Positions 19,737 through 28,675 of a stretch of DNA of 60,015 bases are shown here, in pieces. Position numbers and translations under genes: made by a program. Every line of letters begins with the position of its first letter. Positions within the stretch are counted from its first letter, which is position 1. This DNA is from Acidithiobacillus ferrivorans (GTDB lineage Bacteria; Pseudomonadota; Gammaproteobacteria; Acidithiobacillales; Acidithiobacillaceae), in contig DYJM01000002.1 in assembly GCA_020723125.1 (NCBI GenBank), positions 1 to 60,015 on the forward strand, given 5' to 3'. The notes beneath the pieces are model-generated. The model made no database searches and had not been told where the DNA came from. It saw nothing but the letters and a program-made list of their open reading frames with translations.

Positions 19737-20567
19737 CTATATCACCTCGCCAGCGGCATGGCTGTCCCGCAGCGCTGCGGCATAATCCTGGCGGGCCGGA
19801 TAATGGAAAGGCACCGGCCCATCCGGTTGCCCCCCCAGAAACTGCCGGGCCAGTGCGGAATCACTATTACGCAGTTCTGCCGGAGTCCCTTCAGCAATGA
19901 TTTTGCCGCCCGCCAGGATGAAACCATAATCGGCAATGGAAAAAGTTTCTTCCACATCATGGCTCACCAACACGCTGGTCGCTCCCAGGGCCGTATTCAG
20001 CCGTTTGATGAGTGAGGCAATAATGCCCACGCTGATGGGATCCAGCCCGGTAAAAGGTTCATCATAAAATATCAACATCGGATCCATGATGACCGCTCGG
20101 GCCAGGGCGATTCTGCGCCCCATTCCTCCCGAAAGCTCTGCCGGAAACAGACCCGCAGCGCCACGCAACCCCACCGCCTCCAGCTTCATCATGACCAGCT
20201 TGCGCAGTACGTTTTCCGGAAGGCGAAAATGCCGGCGCAGCGGAAAAGCCACGTTTTCAAAGGCGGTCAAATCGGTAAACAAAGCGCTGTGCTGAAATAA
20301 CATGCCCATCTGCCGACGCAGAGCATACATGGCATCCCCACTGAACTTTTGCAGATTCTGCCCGGCAATGCGAATCTGGCCGGATTGTGGACGCAAGGTT
20401 CCGGCCATCAGATTGAGCATGGTCGTCTTGCCCCCGCCACTGGCCCCCATCAGCGCAACAATGGCACCCCGAGGAATACGCATATCTACCCCCGCCAGCA
20501 CCGGGTGCGAGCCACGGGCAAAGCATACATTTTCCAGCTCCACAAGAGCCTCAGCCGCCATGAGCAT
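19737..20567 (-). CDS. mlaF: ABC ATPase MlaF
   Basis: GASGGGKTT, LSGGMGRR and YDEPFTGLDP; first gene of the mla operon. Confidence 0.94.
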   Translation of the reverse strand: MLMAAEALVELENVCFARGSHPVLAGVDMRIPRGAIVALMGASGGGKTTMLNLMAGTLRPQSGQIRIAGQNLQKFSGDAMYALRRQMGMLFQHSALFTDLTAFENVAFPLRRHFRLPENVLRKLVMMKLEAVGLRGAAGLFPAELSGGMGRRIALARAVIMDPMLIFYDEPFTGLDPISVGIIASLIKRLNTALGATSVLVSHDVEETFSIADYGFILAGGKIIAEGTPAELRNSDSALARQFLGGQPDGPVPFHYPARQDYAAALRDSHAAGEVI

Positions 20568-20676
20568 CCTTGTTCCATTATCAGCAGGGGTCAGAGTATA
20601 AACCGAACGGTCAACGGGGTACCAGAACAGGAGAAGACCGGCCTGCTGGCAGATCTAGAAAAACCTGAAAAATTCC

Positions 20677-20704
20677 TTGCATCCCATGCGGATAAGTGTA
20701 TAGT
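20677..20704 (+). promoter_or_regulatory. putative sigma-70 promoter for speD (TTGCAT-N16-TATAGT)
   Basis: Near-consensus -35/-10 hexamers directly 5' of the structured leader. Confidence 0.55.
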
Positions 20705-20710
20705 TCGCAT

Positions 20711-20875
20711 CTCGTTTCCACGGCACCGAAAGCAGTTACTAAGGGGGTCAGTCCTTAAGAGACTTGGAGCACGGCATGGCCACGTTCCAGCAAGGTAGGG
20801 CATAAAACCAAGTACTGTCTGGGGGTGCACGGGAGCTACTTCTTAACCTTTTTAACTTTGGTAAGGGGGGCACCT
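20711..20875 (+). promoter_or_regulatory. structured 5' leader of speD (candidate cis-regulatory RNA)
   Basis: Hand-identified nested stems forming a multiway junction, plus an anti-SD hairpin over the GGTAAGGG RBS. Confidence 0.5.
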
Positions 20876-21277
20876 ATGCGCTCGTTAGGACATCAAATCG
20901 TTGCAGACTTTTATCACTGTGACGGCAGTACCTTGTCTGATGTAGATTTTGTCACGGATGCCATGCTGGAGGCCGCTCGGCGCGCCAACTGCACCATTGT
21001 GACGCAAACCTTTCACCACTTTTCTCCCTATGGAGTCAGTGGTGCCGTAATCGTTGCGGAATCCCATCTGGCCATTCACACCTGGCCCGAATATGGTTAT
21101 GCAGCGGTAGATGTATTCACCTGTGGCGATATCATTCAGCCGGAAGATGCCTTGAATTACCTCAAGGAAGCTTTTGGTGCCGGCCAGGTCTCCACCATGG
21201 AGATGAAACGCGGGCAAGTAGACATGATGGGCATTCCTGCCCATGAACTGCGCGTCAAGCCGGTTCTCTGCGCCTGA
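20876..21277 (+). CDS. speD: S-adenosylmethionine decarboxylase proenzyme
   Basis: HHFSPYGVSG, AESHLAIHTWPE (pyruvoyl cleavage site) and DVFTCG; ATG at 20876. Confidence 0.96.
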   Translation: MRSLGHQIVADFYHCDGSTLSDVDFVTDAMLEAARRANCTIVTQTFHHFSPYGVSGAVIVAESHLAIHTWPEYGYAAVDVFTCGDIIQPEDALNYLKEAFGAGQVSTMEMKRGQVDMMGIPAHELRVKPVLCA

Positions 21278-21297
21278 AAGTACCTGTCACCACAGCG

Positions 21298-21329
21298 GGC
21301 GGGCTCTGAATACCGGAGCCCGCCTTTAT
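21298..21329 (+). terminator. GC-rich hairpin between speD and speE (weak terminator or stabilising stem)
   Basis: GGCGGGCTCTG/CGGAGCCCGCC stem followed by a short TTTAT tail. Confidence 0.55.
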
Positions 21330-21389
21330 CTCATTCCTCCGCAAAATCCACGCGGGGACATACCATTCCGGTCACAATGAGAGGCAATC

Positions 21390-22226
21390 ATGAGCACAGA
21401 ACTTTGGTATACCGAACGCTATGAAGAACATGGCGCGAGCTTGAGCCTGAAAATCCGCGAAGTACTGCATCGCGAACAAAGTCCGTACCAGACCATAGAA
21501 ATCTTTGAAACGGAACATTTTGGCACCCTCATGACTCTGGATGGTCTGGTGATGGTCACCGATCGTGACAATTATCTATACCACGAAATGATGAGCCATC
21601 CCGCCCTGTTTACCCACCCCGCACCCAAACGGGTGCTGATTATTGGCGGCGGAGATTGTGGCACCCTCCGGGAAGTGCTGCGTCACCCGGAAGTGGAAGA
21701 AGCCACGCAGGTCGAACTGGATGAAAGAGTGACCCGGGTTGCCGAACGCTTTTTTCCCGAGCTCTGCGAAAAAAATCATGATCCCCGCGCCCACTTTCAC
21801 TTTACAGATGGCATCGCCTGGATCGAGGAGGCCCCTGCCGGACGTTATGAGGTCATCATTGTGGATTCCACGGACCCGGTAGGACCTGCTGCCGGCCTGT
21901 TTGCCACCGATTTTTATACCGCCTGTCACCACGCTCTGGCCGAGCAGGGCGTTCTGGTTGCCCAATCCGAATCCCCGCTACTGCATGCTGACCTCATTCG
22001 CCAATGCCAACGCCGCATGGCAGAGGCAGGCTTTGAAGCGGTGAACAGCGTGTATTTTCCCCAGTTTTGCTACCCCTCCGGGTGGTGGAGCGGCACCTTG
22101 GGGCGCAAGGGTCTGAGCATGGACGCGTTTCGCGCTGAAGATGCCAAAGCCTTTACCGGCACCCACTACTACCACGCGGGTATGCAGCAGGCAGCACAGG
22201 TAGCCCCGGCTTTCCTGCTTGGCTAA
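21390..22226 (+). CDS. speE: spermidine synthase
   Basis: YHEMMSHP, LIIGGGDCG, DSTDPVGPA and YPSGWW motifs. Confidence 0.96.
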   Translation: MSTELWYTERYEEHGASLSLKIREVLHREQSPYQTIEIFETEHFGTLMTLDGLVMVTDRDNYLYHEMMSHPALFTHPAPKRVLIIGGGDCGTLREVLRHPEVEEATQVELDERVTRVAERFFPELCEKNHDPRAHFHFTDGIAWIEEAPAGRYEVIIVDSTDPVGPAAGLFATDFYTACHHALAEQGVLVAQSESPLLHADLIRQCQRRMAEAGFEAVNSVYFPQFCYPSGWWSGTLGRKGLSMDAFRAEDAKAFTGTHYYHAGMQQAAQVAPAFLLG

Positions 22227-22252
22227 ACCTGCTCGGAACTGAACCGCTTCAT

Positions 22253-22451
22253 CCTGAAAACGGCAGTTGCCGTGGGTGCTTTGCAGCGACCTTTGTTTCG
22301 AGCCGTTGTTGTTCTTGGCGAAATCCTGCGCCCGTCAGGAGAGCTGTTTGAGCCCGCAGGGCGAGTTCTCTCCTGACAGCAGGATGAGCCTTAGAACAAC
22401 AGGCAAGGAACAATGGAGCAAAAAGCACCCACGGCAACTGCCGTTTTCAGG
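22253..22451. repeat. ~199-bp long-hairpin repeat, copy 2
   Basis: Perfect 30-bp terminal inverted repeats (CCTGAAAACGGCAGTTGCCGTGGGTGCTTT); core nearly identical to 10519-10667. Confidence 0.92.
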
Positions 22452-22452
22452 T

Positions 22453-23064
22453 TTATTGGGCAGGCCGCCCCGGTCCGATATGGGTGTAGCGGGGACAGTA
22501 ATTCCAGAGATGCAAGGCTGGCGTATCATGTTCCCAAGCCAGGCGGGAAATGCTCCCGGGGTCGAGATGCAAATGATCGCCAAAGCGGAGTTCCAACCCC
22601 AGCCAGCGCGTCGCCAGGGCGCGCAAAATATGCCCGTGGGCAAAGCAAAGCACGTGCTTGTGCCCTTTTGTATCCCAGTCGTGAAGCAGCCGATCGCAGC
22701 GTTCCGTCACCTCTGCCGGGCTTTCTCCCTCCGGCCCGCCACAGCGGAATATGCTCCACTCTGGATTTTCCTTGTGAATTTCCTGGGTAGTCTTGCCCTC
22801 ATAACGGCCATAGCGCCATTCCATCAAATCATCATGCAATTGCGGATGCGCAAAACCGGCAAGGATAGCCGTGTGATGGGCGCGAATCAGCGGGCTGGAA
22901 TAAATCCCGTCAAAATGCCCCTGATTTTCAAACACGGCCCAGAGCGCCTCGGCATCTGCACGTCCTGCAGGGGTCAGACCAATATCCGTGTCCGAAGTAT
23001 GCTTACCCTGATCCGCCCATTCGGTCATACCATGCCGTACCAGGGTAATGGATTCAATTTGCAT
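22453..23064 (-). CDS. histidine phosphatase (phosphoglycerate mutase-like) family protein
   Basis: LVRHGMTEW, SSPLIRA, EWRYGRYEG and FAHGHILR motifs. Confidence 0.9.
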   Translation of the reverse strand: MQIESITLVRHGMTEWADQGKHTSDTDIGLTPAGRADAEALWAVFENQGHFDGIYSSPLIRAHHTAILAGFAHPQLHDDLMEWRYGRYEGKTTQEIHKENPEWSIFRCGGPEGESPAEVTERCDRLLHDWDTKGHKHVLCFAHGHILRALATRWLGLELRFGDHLHLDPGSISRLAWEHDTPALHLWNYCPRYTHIGPGRPAQ

Positions 23065-23189
23065 GATGGCTCTCCTGTTTTTTGCCAGACACTCTCCAAA
23101 CTATAGACGCTCCGACAAGGGGCTTGCGCGAATGGTCGCGGGTCGTTATGGTTTAATCAGTTTATCTAATTTATCTGATCAAGGGGCGC

Positions 23190-23561
23190 ATGATGGACAA
23201 GACAGCAATGGAGCTGGTCAAGGAAGCCAAGGCAGAAATTCGGGAAATGGATTTACAGCAGGCCCATGGCAAACACCAGTCGGAAGAAGTGGTTATTATA
23301 GATGTTCGCGAAGCCCATGAATTTTCTGGTGGTCATATTCCTGGTGCGCAGCATATATCCCGGGGCATGCTCGAATTCAAGGCAGACTCCCATCCAGCCC
23401 TCAAGGACAAGAATCGGGAAATCCTGGTTTACTGCAAAACCGGGGGTCGTGCTGCACTGGCCGCCCAGCAATTGAAGAAAATGGGTTACAGCAATGTTCA
23501 TTCCATTCAAGGTGGCATGGACGCCTGGGTTGACGCCGGTCATCCGGTTCACAGGCCCTGA
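23190..23561 (+). CDS. single-domain rhodanese (sulfurtransferase)
   Basis: IDVRE..EFSGGHIPGA, active-site loop YCKTGGRA and GGMDAW. Confidence 0.9.
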   Translation: MMDKTAMELVKEAKAEIREMDLQQAHGKHQSEEVVIIDVREAHEFSGGHIPGAQHISRGMLEFKADSHPALKDKNREILVYCKTGGRAALAAQQLKKMGYSNVHSIQGGMDAWVDAGHPVHRP

Positions 23562-23867
23562 AAACATCATGACGCAGTTCGTCTGCAATTCAATTTTGCA
23601 GGCAATGGATTGAGCGAGTCTCAATTATTGTGGTGAATGAGTACCCTGGGACTTTTACTGAGCGGCTGCCCGCCGCTAATGGCTGCCAGCGCGGCGGGGA
23701 CAGTTGCTTATTATCCTCTCCCCTGCCATCATTCTTCGCCATAAAATGGTGCCCCGATACGTTACCAATTCATCTTTCGGCGCGAGAATGTGGGGCAGTT
23801 TTGAACTTTCCCCAGTCATAAGGTGACCAAGACCAGGAGGCTCCCACCTACCACCAAGGAGAAGCAC

Positions 23868-25241
23868 ATGGTCAAGCGCTTTACCAAAGACAGCGATATC
23901 ACCCCGGCTTATGGATCCCGCACCATGGATCATCCCATTCCCAAATACCGATTGCCTGATGGAGAGATGCCTGCACAAACTGCTTACCAGTTGATTCATG
24001 ATGAGCTCATGCTGGATGGGAACGCGAGGCTCAATCTGGCCACTTTTGTTACTACCTGGATGGAACCCGAAGCTGAAAAGCTCATGGCTGAGACTTTCGA
24101 CAAAAACATGATCGACAAGGATGAATATCCACAGACCGCCGAAATCGAAACCCGCTGTGTGAACATGTTGTCCCGTTTGTTCAATGCCAACCCCGAAGAA
24201 AAACCCGTAGGCGTCTCGGCCATTGGTTCCAGCGAAGCCGTCATGCTCGCGGGTATGGCGTTGAAATGGCGCTGGCGGAAACGCCGTCAGAATAAAGGCC
24301 TGGGCACGGATAAACCCAATCTCGTCATGGGCCGCAACGTGCAAGTCGTCTGGGAAAAATTCTGTCGCTATTGGGAAGTGGAACCGCGTTATATTCCCAT
24401 GCAGGATGATCGATATACCCTTACTTCCGACGAAGTCCTGGCTATGGTGGATGAAAACAGTATCGGTGTCGTCGCCGTACTGGGTACCACTTTTACCGGG
24501 GAGTTTGATCCGGTCAAAGAAATCCACGACGCCCTTGTGGCCCATAATCAGCACAGCGGGTTGCAGGTTCCCATTCATGTCGACGCTGCCAGCGGCGGTT
24601 TTGTGGCCCCGTTCTTGCAGCCCGATTTACATTGGGATTTTCGCCTGCCCAATGTGGTTTCCATCAACACTTCCGGGCACAAGTATGGACTCGTATATCC
24701 TGGAGTGGGCTGGGCGCTGTGGCGGGGTGAAGAGCATCTTCCGGAAGATTTGGTATTCCATGTCAATTACTTGGGCGGTGACATGCCCACTTTTACCCTC
24801 AATTTTTCCCGTCCGGGCAACCAGATTGTCGGACAGTATTACAATCTCTTGCGTCTTGGGCGGGAAGGTTACACGCGAATCATGACGAATTTACGGGATA
24901 CTGCCCTCTGGCTTTCGGGCGAAATGGCTAAAATAGGGCCCTTCAGCCTCTTGAGTGATGGCAGCGCCATTCCGGTATTTGCCGTACGCCTCAAAAAAGC
25001 CAAATCCTATAGTGTATTTGATGTATCCGAACGGCTGCGTGTTCGAGGCTGGCAGGTTCCTGCTTACACCCTACCGGAAAATGCCGGTGGAATCGCCGTA
25101 TTACGGCTAGTCATTCGAGAAGGATTTTCACGAGACATGGCGGGTCTGCTTTTACAGGATATCAAGAGTACGATTGCTGAACTGGAAACTGCGCCGCCTG
25201 CTGTCAAAAAATCAGATGATCAACACTTTCATCACAATTAG
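23868..25241 (+). CDS. gadB: glutamate decarboxylase (GadA/B-like)
   Basis: LNLATFVTT, IDKDEYPQT, HVDAASGG and PLP-lysine motif SGHKYG; ATG 23868 with AAGGAG RBS. Confidence 0.93.
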   Translation: MVKRFTKDSDITPAYGSRTMDHPIPKYRLPDGEMPAQTAYQLIHDELMLDGNARLNLATFVTTWMEPEAEKLMAETFDKNMIDKDEYPQTAEIETRCVNMLSRLFNANPEEKPVGVSAIGSSEAVMLAGMALKWRWRKRRQNKGLGTDKPNLVMGRNVQVVWEKFCRYWEVEPRYIPMQDDRYTLTSDEVLAMVDENSIGVVAVLGTTFTGEFDPVKEIHDALVAHNQHSGLQVPIHVDAASGGFVAPFLQPDLHWDFRLPNVVSINTSGHKYGLVYPGVGWALWRGEEHLPEDLVFHVNYLGGDMPTFTLNFSRPGNQIVGQYYNLLRLGREGYTRIMTNLRDTALWLSGEMAKIGPFSLLSDGSAIPVFAVRLKKAKSYSVFDVSERLRVRGWQVPAYTLPENAGGIAVLRLVIREGFSRDMAGLLLQDIKSTIAELETAPPAVKKSDDQHFHHN

Positions 25242-25245
25242 CTCA

Positions 25246-26628
25246 TTATTCGCCTTCATCTTCATCTGCCGTTCCATTTTCCTTGAAGGCTGATGGATCC
25301 AGATGATAACGTCTTAACAAACGATAAAATTCGGTGCGGTTGCGCTGCGCCAACTGCGCCGCCTGACTCACATTTCCCCGGGTCATGCGCATGATCTGAA
25401 TCAGATAGTTCATTTCGAAACGCCCTTTGGCATCGGCCAGGGGCATGACTTCGCCCTCTTTGTCGCGCAGGGCGTGGCGAATCAGGGGCGCACCAATACG
25501 TGGTGTGGTGGATAAAACCACCGCCTGCTCAATGACATTGGCTAACTGCCGGACGTTTCCTGGCCAGGGCGCCGCCACCAGGAGCTCCATCGCCTCCGGA
25601 GCAATACCGCGCACATCCTTGCGGTTTTTAGCGGCGGTATCGCGCAGAAAAAACTCCGCCAGCAAGGGAATGTCTTCGGGGCGTTCGGCCAGGGCGGGCA
25701 ATTCCAGCGTCACCACGCAAAGACGATAATACAGGTCGTCCCGAAAACGCCGTTCGGCCATTTCCTTTTCCAGATCACGATGACTGGCGGAGATGATGCG
25801 AACATCGACGGCGATGCTTTCCGTTGAACCCACCGGACGAATGACCCGTTCCTGTAGAGCCCGTAATAATTTGACCTGCAGGGAAAGGGGCATATCGCCA
25901 ATTTCGTCCAAAAACAGGGTGCCTTTTTCCGCTGCCTGAAATAATCCCTGATGATTATTGGCCGCCCCGGTAAAAGCACCTTTCTTGTGGCCGAAAAGTT
26001 CGGATTCCAGCAACTGCTCCGGAAAGGCCGCACAGTTCAGGGCGATAAACGGCTGCGCCCGGCGTGGACTGGCCTGATGAATGGCCTGTGCCAGCAACTC
26101 TTTGCCCGTGCCGCTGGCACCATGTACAAAAACGCTGGCATCGGAGGCCGCTACCAGGCGTGCCTGATCCAGCACCGCCTGCATTTTAGGGCTACGGGTC
26201 AAAATTCTATCCCAACTGGTATCCTTGCCCTTTTTTCCAGAAGATGGGGCTACAGCGGCGGTCAAACTGAAAGCCCGTTCAACCTGGGCCATCAGATCCT
26301 TACCATCAAAGGGCTTGGTCAAAAAGGCAAAAACTCCCTGGTCCGCAGCCAGCAAGGCATCGGGGATGGAACCATGGGCGGTCAAAATGATGACGGGCAA
26401 GGTGGGATAATCGCGGCGAATGGCGTCCAGCAAGGCCATGCCGTCCATCTGGTCCATTTTCAGGTCGGTAATCACCAGCCCCGGATGCTCCATGGCCAAC
26501 AGCGCCAGAGCTTCGTTGCCATTAGCCGCCGTACTGATGTTATATCCCGCTGTTTTCATGCGCAGGGACAACAGGCGCAGCAAATCCGCGTCGTCGTCCA
26601 CCAGCAGGATTTTACCTTTATCTGCCAT
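25246..26628 (-). CDS. glrR: sigma-54-dependent response regulator, GlrR/QseF-like
   Basis: Receiver domain (LLVDDD..LLRLLSLR, TAHGSIPDA), AAA+ GAFTGA loop and C-terminal RNRTEFYRLL typical of GlrR. Confidence 0.88.
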   Translation of the reverse strand: MADKGKILLVDDDADLLRLLSLRMKTAGYNISTAANGNEALALLAMEHPGLVITDLKMDQMDGMALLDAIRRDYPTLPVIILTAHGSIPDALLAADQGVFAFLTKPFDGKDLMAQVERAFSLTAAVAPSSGKKGKDTSWDRILTRSPKMQAVLDQARLVAASDASVFVHGASGTGKELLAQAIHQASPRRAQPFIALNCAAFPEQLLESELFGHKKGAFTGAANNHQGLFQAAEKGTLFLDEIGDMPLSLQVKLLRALQERVIRPVGSTESIAVDVRIISASHRDLEKEMAERRFRDDLYYRLCVVTLELPALAERPEDIPLLAEFFLRDTAAKNRKDVRGIAPEAMELLVAAPWPGNVRQLANVIEQAVVLSTTPRIGAPLIRHALRDKEGEVMPLADAKGRFEMNYLIQIMRMTRGNVSQAAQLAQRNRTEFYRLLRRYHLDPSAFKENGTADEDEGE

Positions 26629-26631
26629 GAG

Positions 26632-27021
26632 TTAGTGTCCCTGCGGGAAGCGGGCGTTTTTCTCTATTTGTACCAATTCGTTCAGTTTACGACGTAATTC
26701 GGCTTCATGTTGCTGCGACTGGAGAAGACGATTTTGCAAGTCGTTCACCTTGTTTTCCAGCTTTTGGTATCCGGGATCTCCTGCCCTTGCATCGGCCAAC
26801 TGTTTACTCAGAACAGCTGCTTCGGCTTTTTCGGAAATGCAAGGTGCAGTCACCGGGGTCACTTTTTCCAGTTCGGCTATTTGTGCCTTGAGGGTTGCCA
26901 GCTCACTGGTTTTAATGATCTGTTCCCCCGGTTTGAGCAGTACGGCATTAGACGGAAGTGCTGGGACTGGGGTGCTGGCGCATCCCGCCAAGATCAACGG
27001 GATGCTGAGCATGGGAAGCAT
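26632..27021 (-). CDS. outer-membrane lipoprotein, QseG/YfhG-like
   Basis: LAGC lipobox, C-terminal coiled coil ending LRRKLNELVQIEK; lies between kinase and regulator as qseG does. Confidence 0.65.
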   Translation of the reverse strand: MLPMLSIPLILAGCASTPVPALPSNAVLLKPGEQIIKTSELATLKAQIAELEKVTPVTAPCISEKAEAAVLSKQLADARAGDPGYQKLENKVNDLQNRLLQSQQHEAELRRKLNELVQIEKNARFPQGH

Positions 27022-28447
27022 CCTGCCCAGCAAGGGGTAAACGCAACCTGAACCAAGCGCCTGGTGTTTTTTTATCCTGCAATTCAAGACTTCCCCCATA
27101 ACTTAACACATATTCTCTGGCAATGGCCAAGCCGAGACCACTACCTTCTATTTTTCCGGAATCCGAAGCTTCGCCGCGATACAAAATGTCAAAAATTTTC
27201 TCCCGCTCATCGGGATTCACTCCAGGACCCTCATCCTGAACGTCCAACACCGCATCTTCGCCCTGTACTTGCAAATCCACCCGTATGGTAGCGTTTTGAG
27301 GAGAGAATTTCACGGCATTTGACAATAAATTATCACAAATGGTGCGGAGTCGATCTGCGTGCCCCCGAATGCGCACCTCCTCAAGCCGGGTTTCCAGATG
27401 CAATGCATTACTTCTCAGACTGGGCTTGTAACTCAGCAGCAGATCCTCTACCACATGCGTCAGAGATAGCTCCTGCACCATCCCTGCACCCACAGGCCCC
27501 TCCGCCAGACTAAAGCGCAACAAATCTTCTATGAGGCGCTGCAGGCGTAAGCTGTTATCCCCTACAATCTGTACAATTTCCTGCTGCTCGGCACTGAGAT
27601 TCTGGCCGAGATCATCCTGCAACAACTCCGCCCCTTCGCGAATGGCTGTGAGCGGCGTTTTCAGCTCGTGGGAAAGCTGACGCAGAAAATGCAGCTTGGC
27701 CGCTTCCAGAGCATTCAGACGGTTCCGCAACCATTCCAGGCGATCTCCCAAACTGGCTATGTCGCGCGGACCTTTGACCGTTATGGGTGTTTCCAGATCA
27801 CCTGCACCCAGCCCGGACACCGCTTGATCCAGACGCCGCACCGGTCGGGTAATGAGAATAATGAACACAACAGCTACCGCGACTGACAGGGGTAAAACCA
27901 GAAGCACCTCAACAATGGTCAGCCGTTTAATGGCCAACGCACGCGTGCCCAGTTTACCCACCTCTGTACTGATTCCTTCATTCACATCACTTTGCAGACT
28001 TTGGGCTTCCCCGCTGGCCCGACTGAAATCACCTGCCAGAGCACTCCGGTTGCCCTCCAGGGAAACCAGGGGTAATAGCTGACGGGCACGGGATAGATTT
28101 TCAGCCAGATGATGCAGCCGCTCCCGGTCCACCGGCGAGGGGCCTGCCGCCGCAAACTGGGTACTGGCTTTTTGGTACTCGCTAAGGCTCTGATCATACA
28201 AAACCAGTAATGCCTGATCCTGCAGTACAGTGTATTGCAGACCATAACGCTCCATGGAACGCACGGCGTTATTCATGCGATTGGCCGCATCACTCATGGC
28301 CACTGCCCGGAGAATACTGACCTGCCCCTGTTCGGCAAAATGCGCGATGGAAAGCGTCACGCTGACAATGACCAATACCAGTGGCACGATGGCCAGACCG
28401 AAGCCAAACACGACCAGCTTGGAAATGGAACTTGGACGAAGGACCAT
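26948..28447 (-). CDS. glrK: sensor histidine kinase, GlrK/QseE-like
   Basis: Two TM segments, HAMP, FLRQLSHELKTPL H-box, NLLSNAVKF and GSGLGLAI. Confidence 0.85.
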   Translation of the reverse strand: MVLRPSSISKLVVFGFGLAIVPLVLVIVSVTLSIAHFAEQGQVSILRAVAMSDAANRMNNAVRSMERYGLQYTVLQDQALLVLYDQSLSEYQKASTQFAAAGPSPVDRERLHHLAENLSRARQLLPLVSLEGNRSALAGDFSRASGEAQSLQSDVNEGISTEVGKLGTRALAIKRLTIVEVLLVLPLSVAVAVVFIILITRPVRRLDQAVSGLGAGDLETPITVKGPRDIASLGDRLEWLRNRLNALEAAKLHFLRQLSHELKTPLTAIREGAELLQDDLGQNLSAEQQEIVQIVGDNSLRLQRLIEDLLRFSLAEGPVGAGMVQELSLTHVVEDLLLSYKPSLRSNALHLETRLEEVRIRGHADRLRTICDNLLSNAVKFSPQNATIRVDLQVQGEDAVLDVQDEGPGVNPDEREKIFDILYRGEASDSGKIEGSGLGLAIAREYVLSYGGSLELQDKKTPGAWFRLRLPLAGQDASHAQHPVDLGGMRQHPSPSTSV

Positions 28448-28559
28448 GAAGCTTTGCACTCCCAAAAACACCCAGGCTCCAGCGTAAATTCGCCGGAAAC
28501 AAATCGCAAGAATATCAAACCGAGAGTATGAGCCTGCAATATCAATTTTGATGTTTTAT

Positions 28560-28586
28560 CCTGAAAACGGCAGTTGCCGTTTTTAG
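28560..28586. repeat. collapsed (core-less) copy of the hairpin repeat
   Basis: 28558-28580 is identical to 22251-22273 (23 bp) and continues directly into a variant of the copy-2 right end. Confidence 0.75.
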
Positions 28587-28599
28587 ATTTATCGGACGT

Positions 28600-28627
28600 A
28601 AAAAACCCGGAGAAGATTCCCCGGGTT
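28600..28627 (-). terminator. rho-independent terminator of the small Asr-like gene
   Basis: Minus strand AACCCGG-loop-CCGGGTT running into a T6 tract. Confidence 0.8.
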
Positions 28628-28675
28628 CATCAGCACAACTGAAATCCGCGCCATCAGGTTGCGGATTGAGGCTAC

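Noticed and set aside
20711-20840. Assigning the speD leader to SAM-I, 6S, SRP or tRNA
   Set aside because: No SAM-I P3 (GCAACC/GGTGC) or AUC/GAU P1, no SRP loop motif, no cloverleaf, and the context does not fit 6S.
23630-23690. Weak fluoride-riboswitch resemblance (GGTGAATGAGTACC..GCCGCTAATGGCT)
   Set aside because: Pseudoknot pairing is too short, the conserved 3' CUAC is absent, and gad is not a typical target; a cmscan would settle it.
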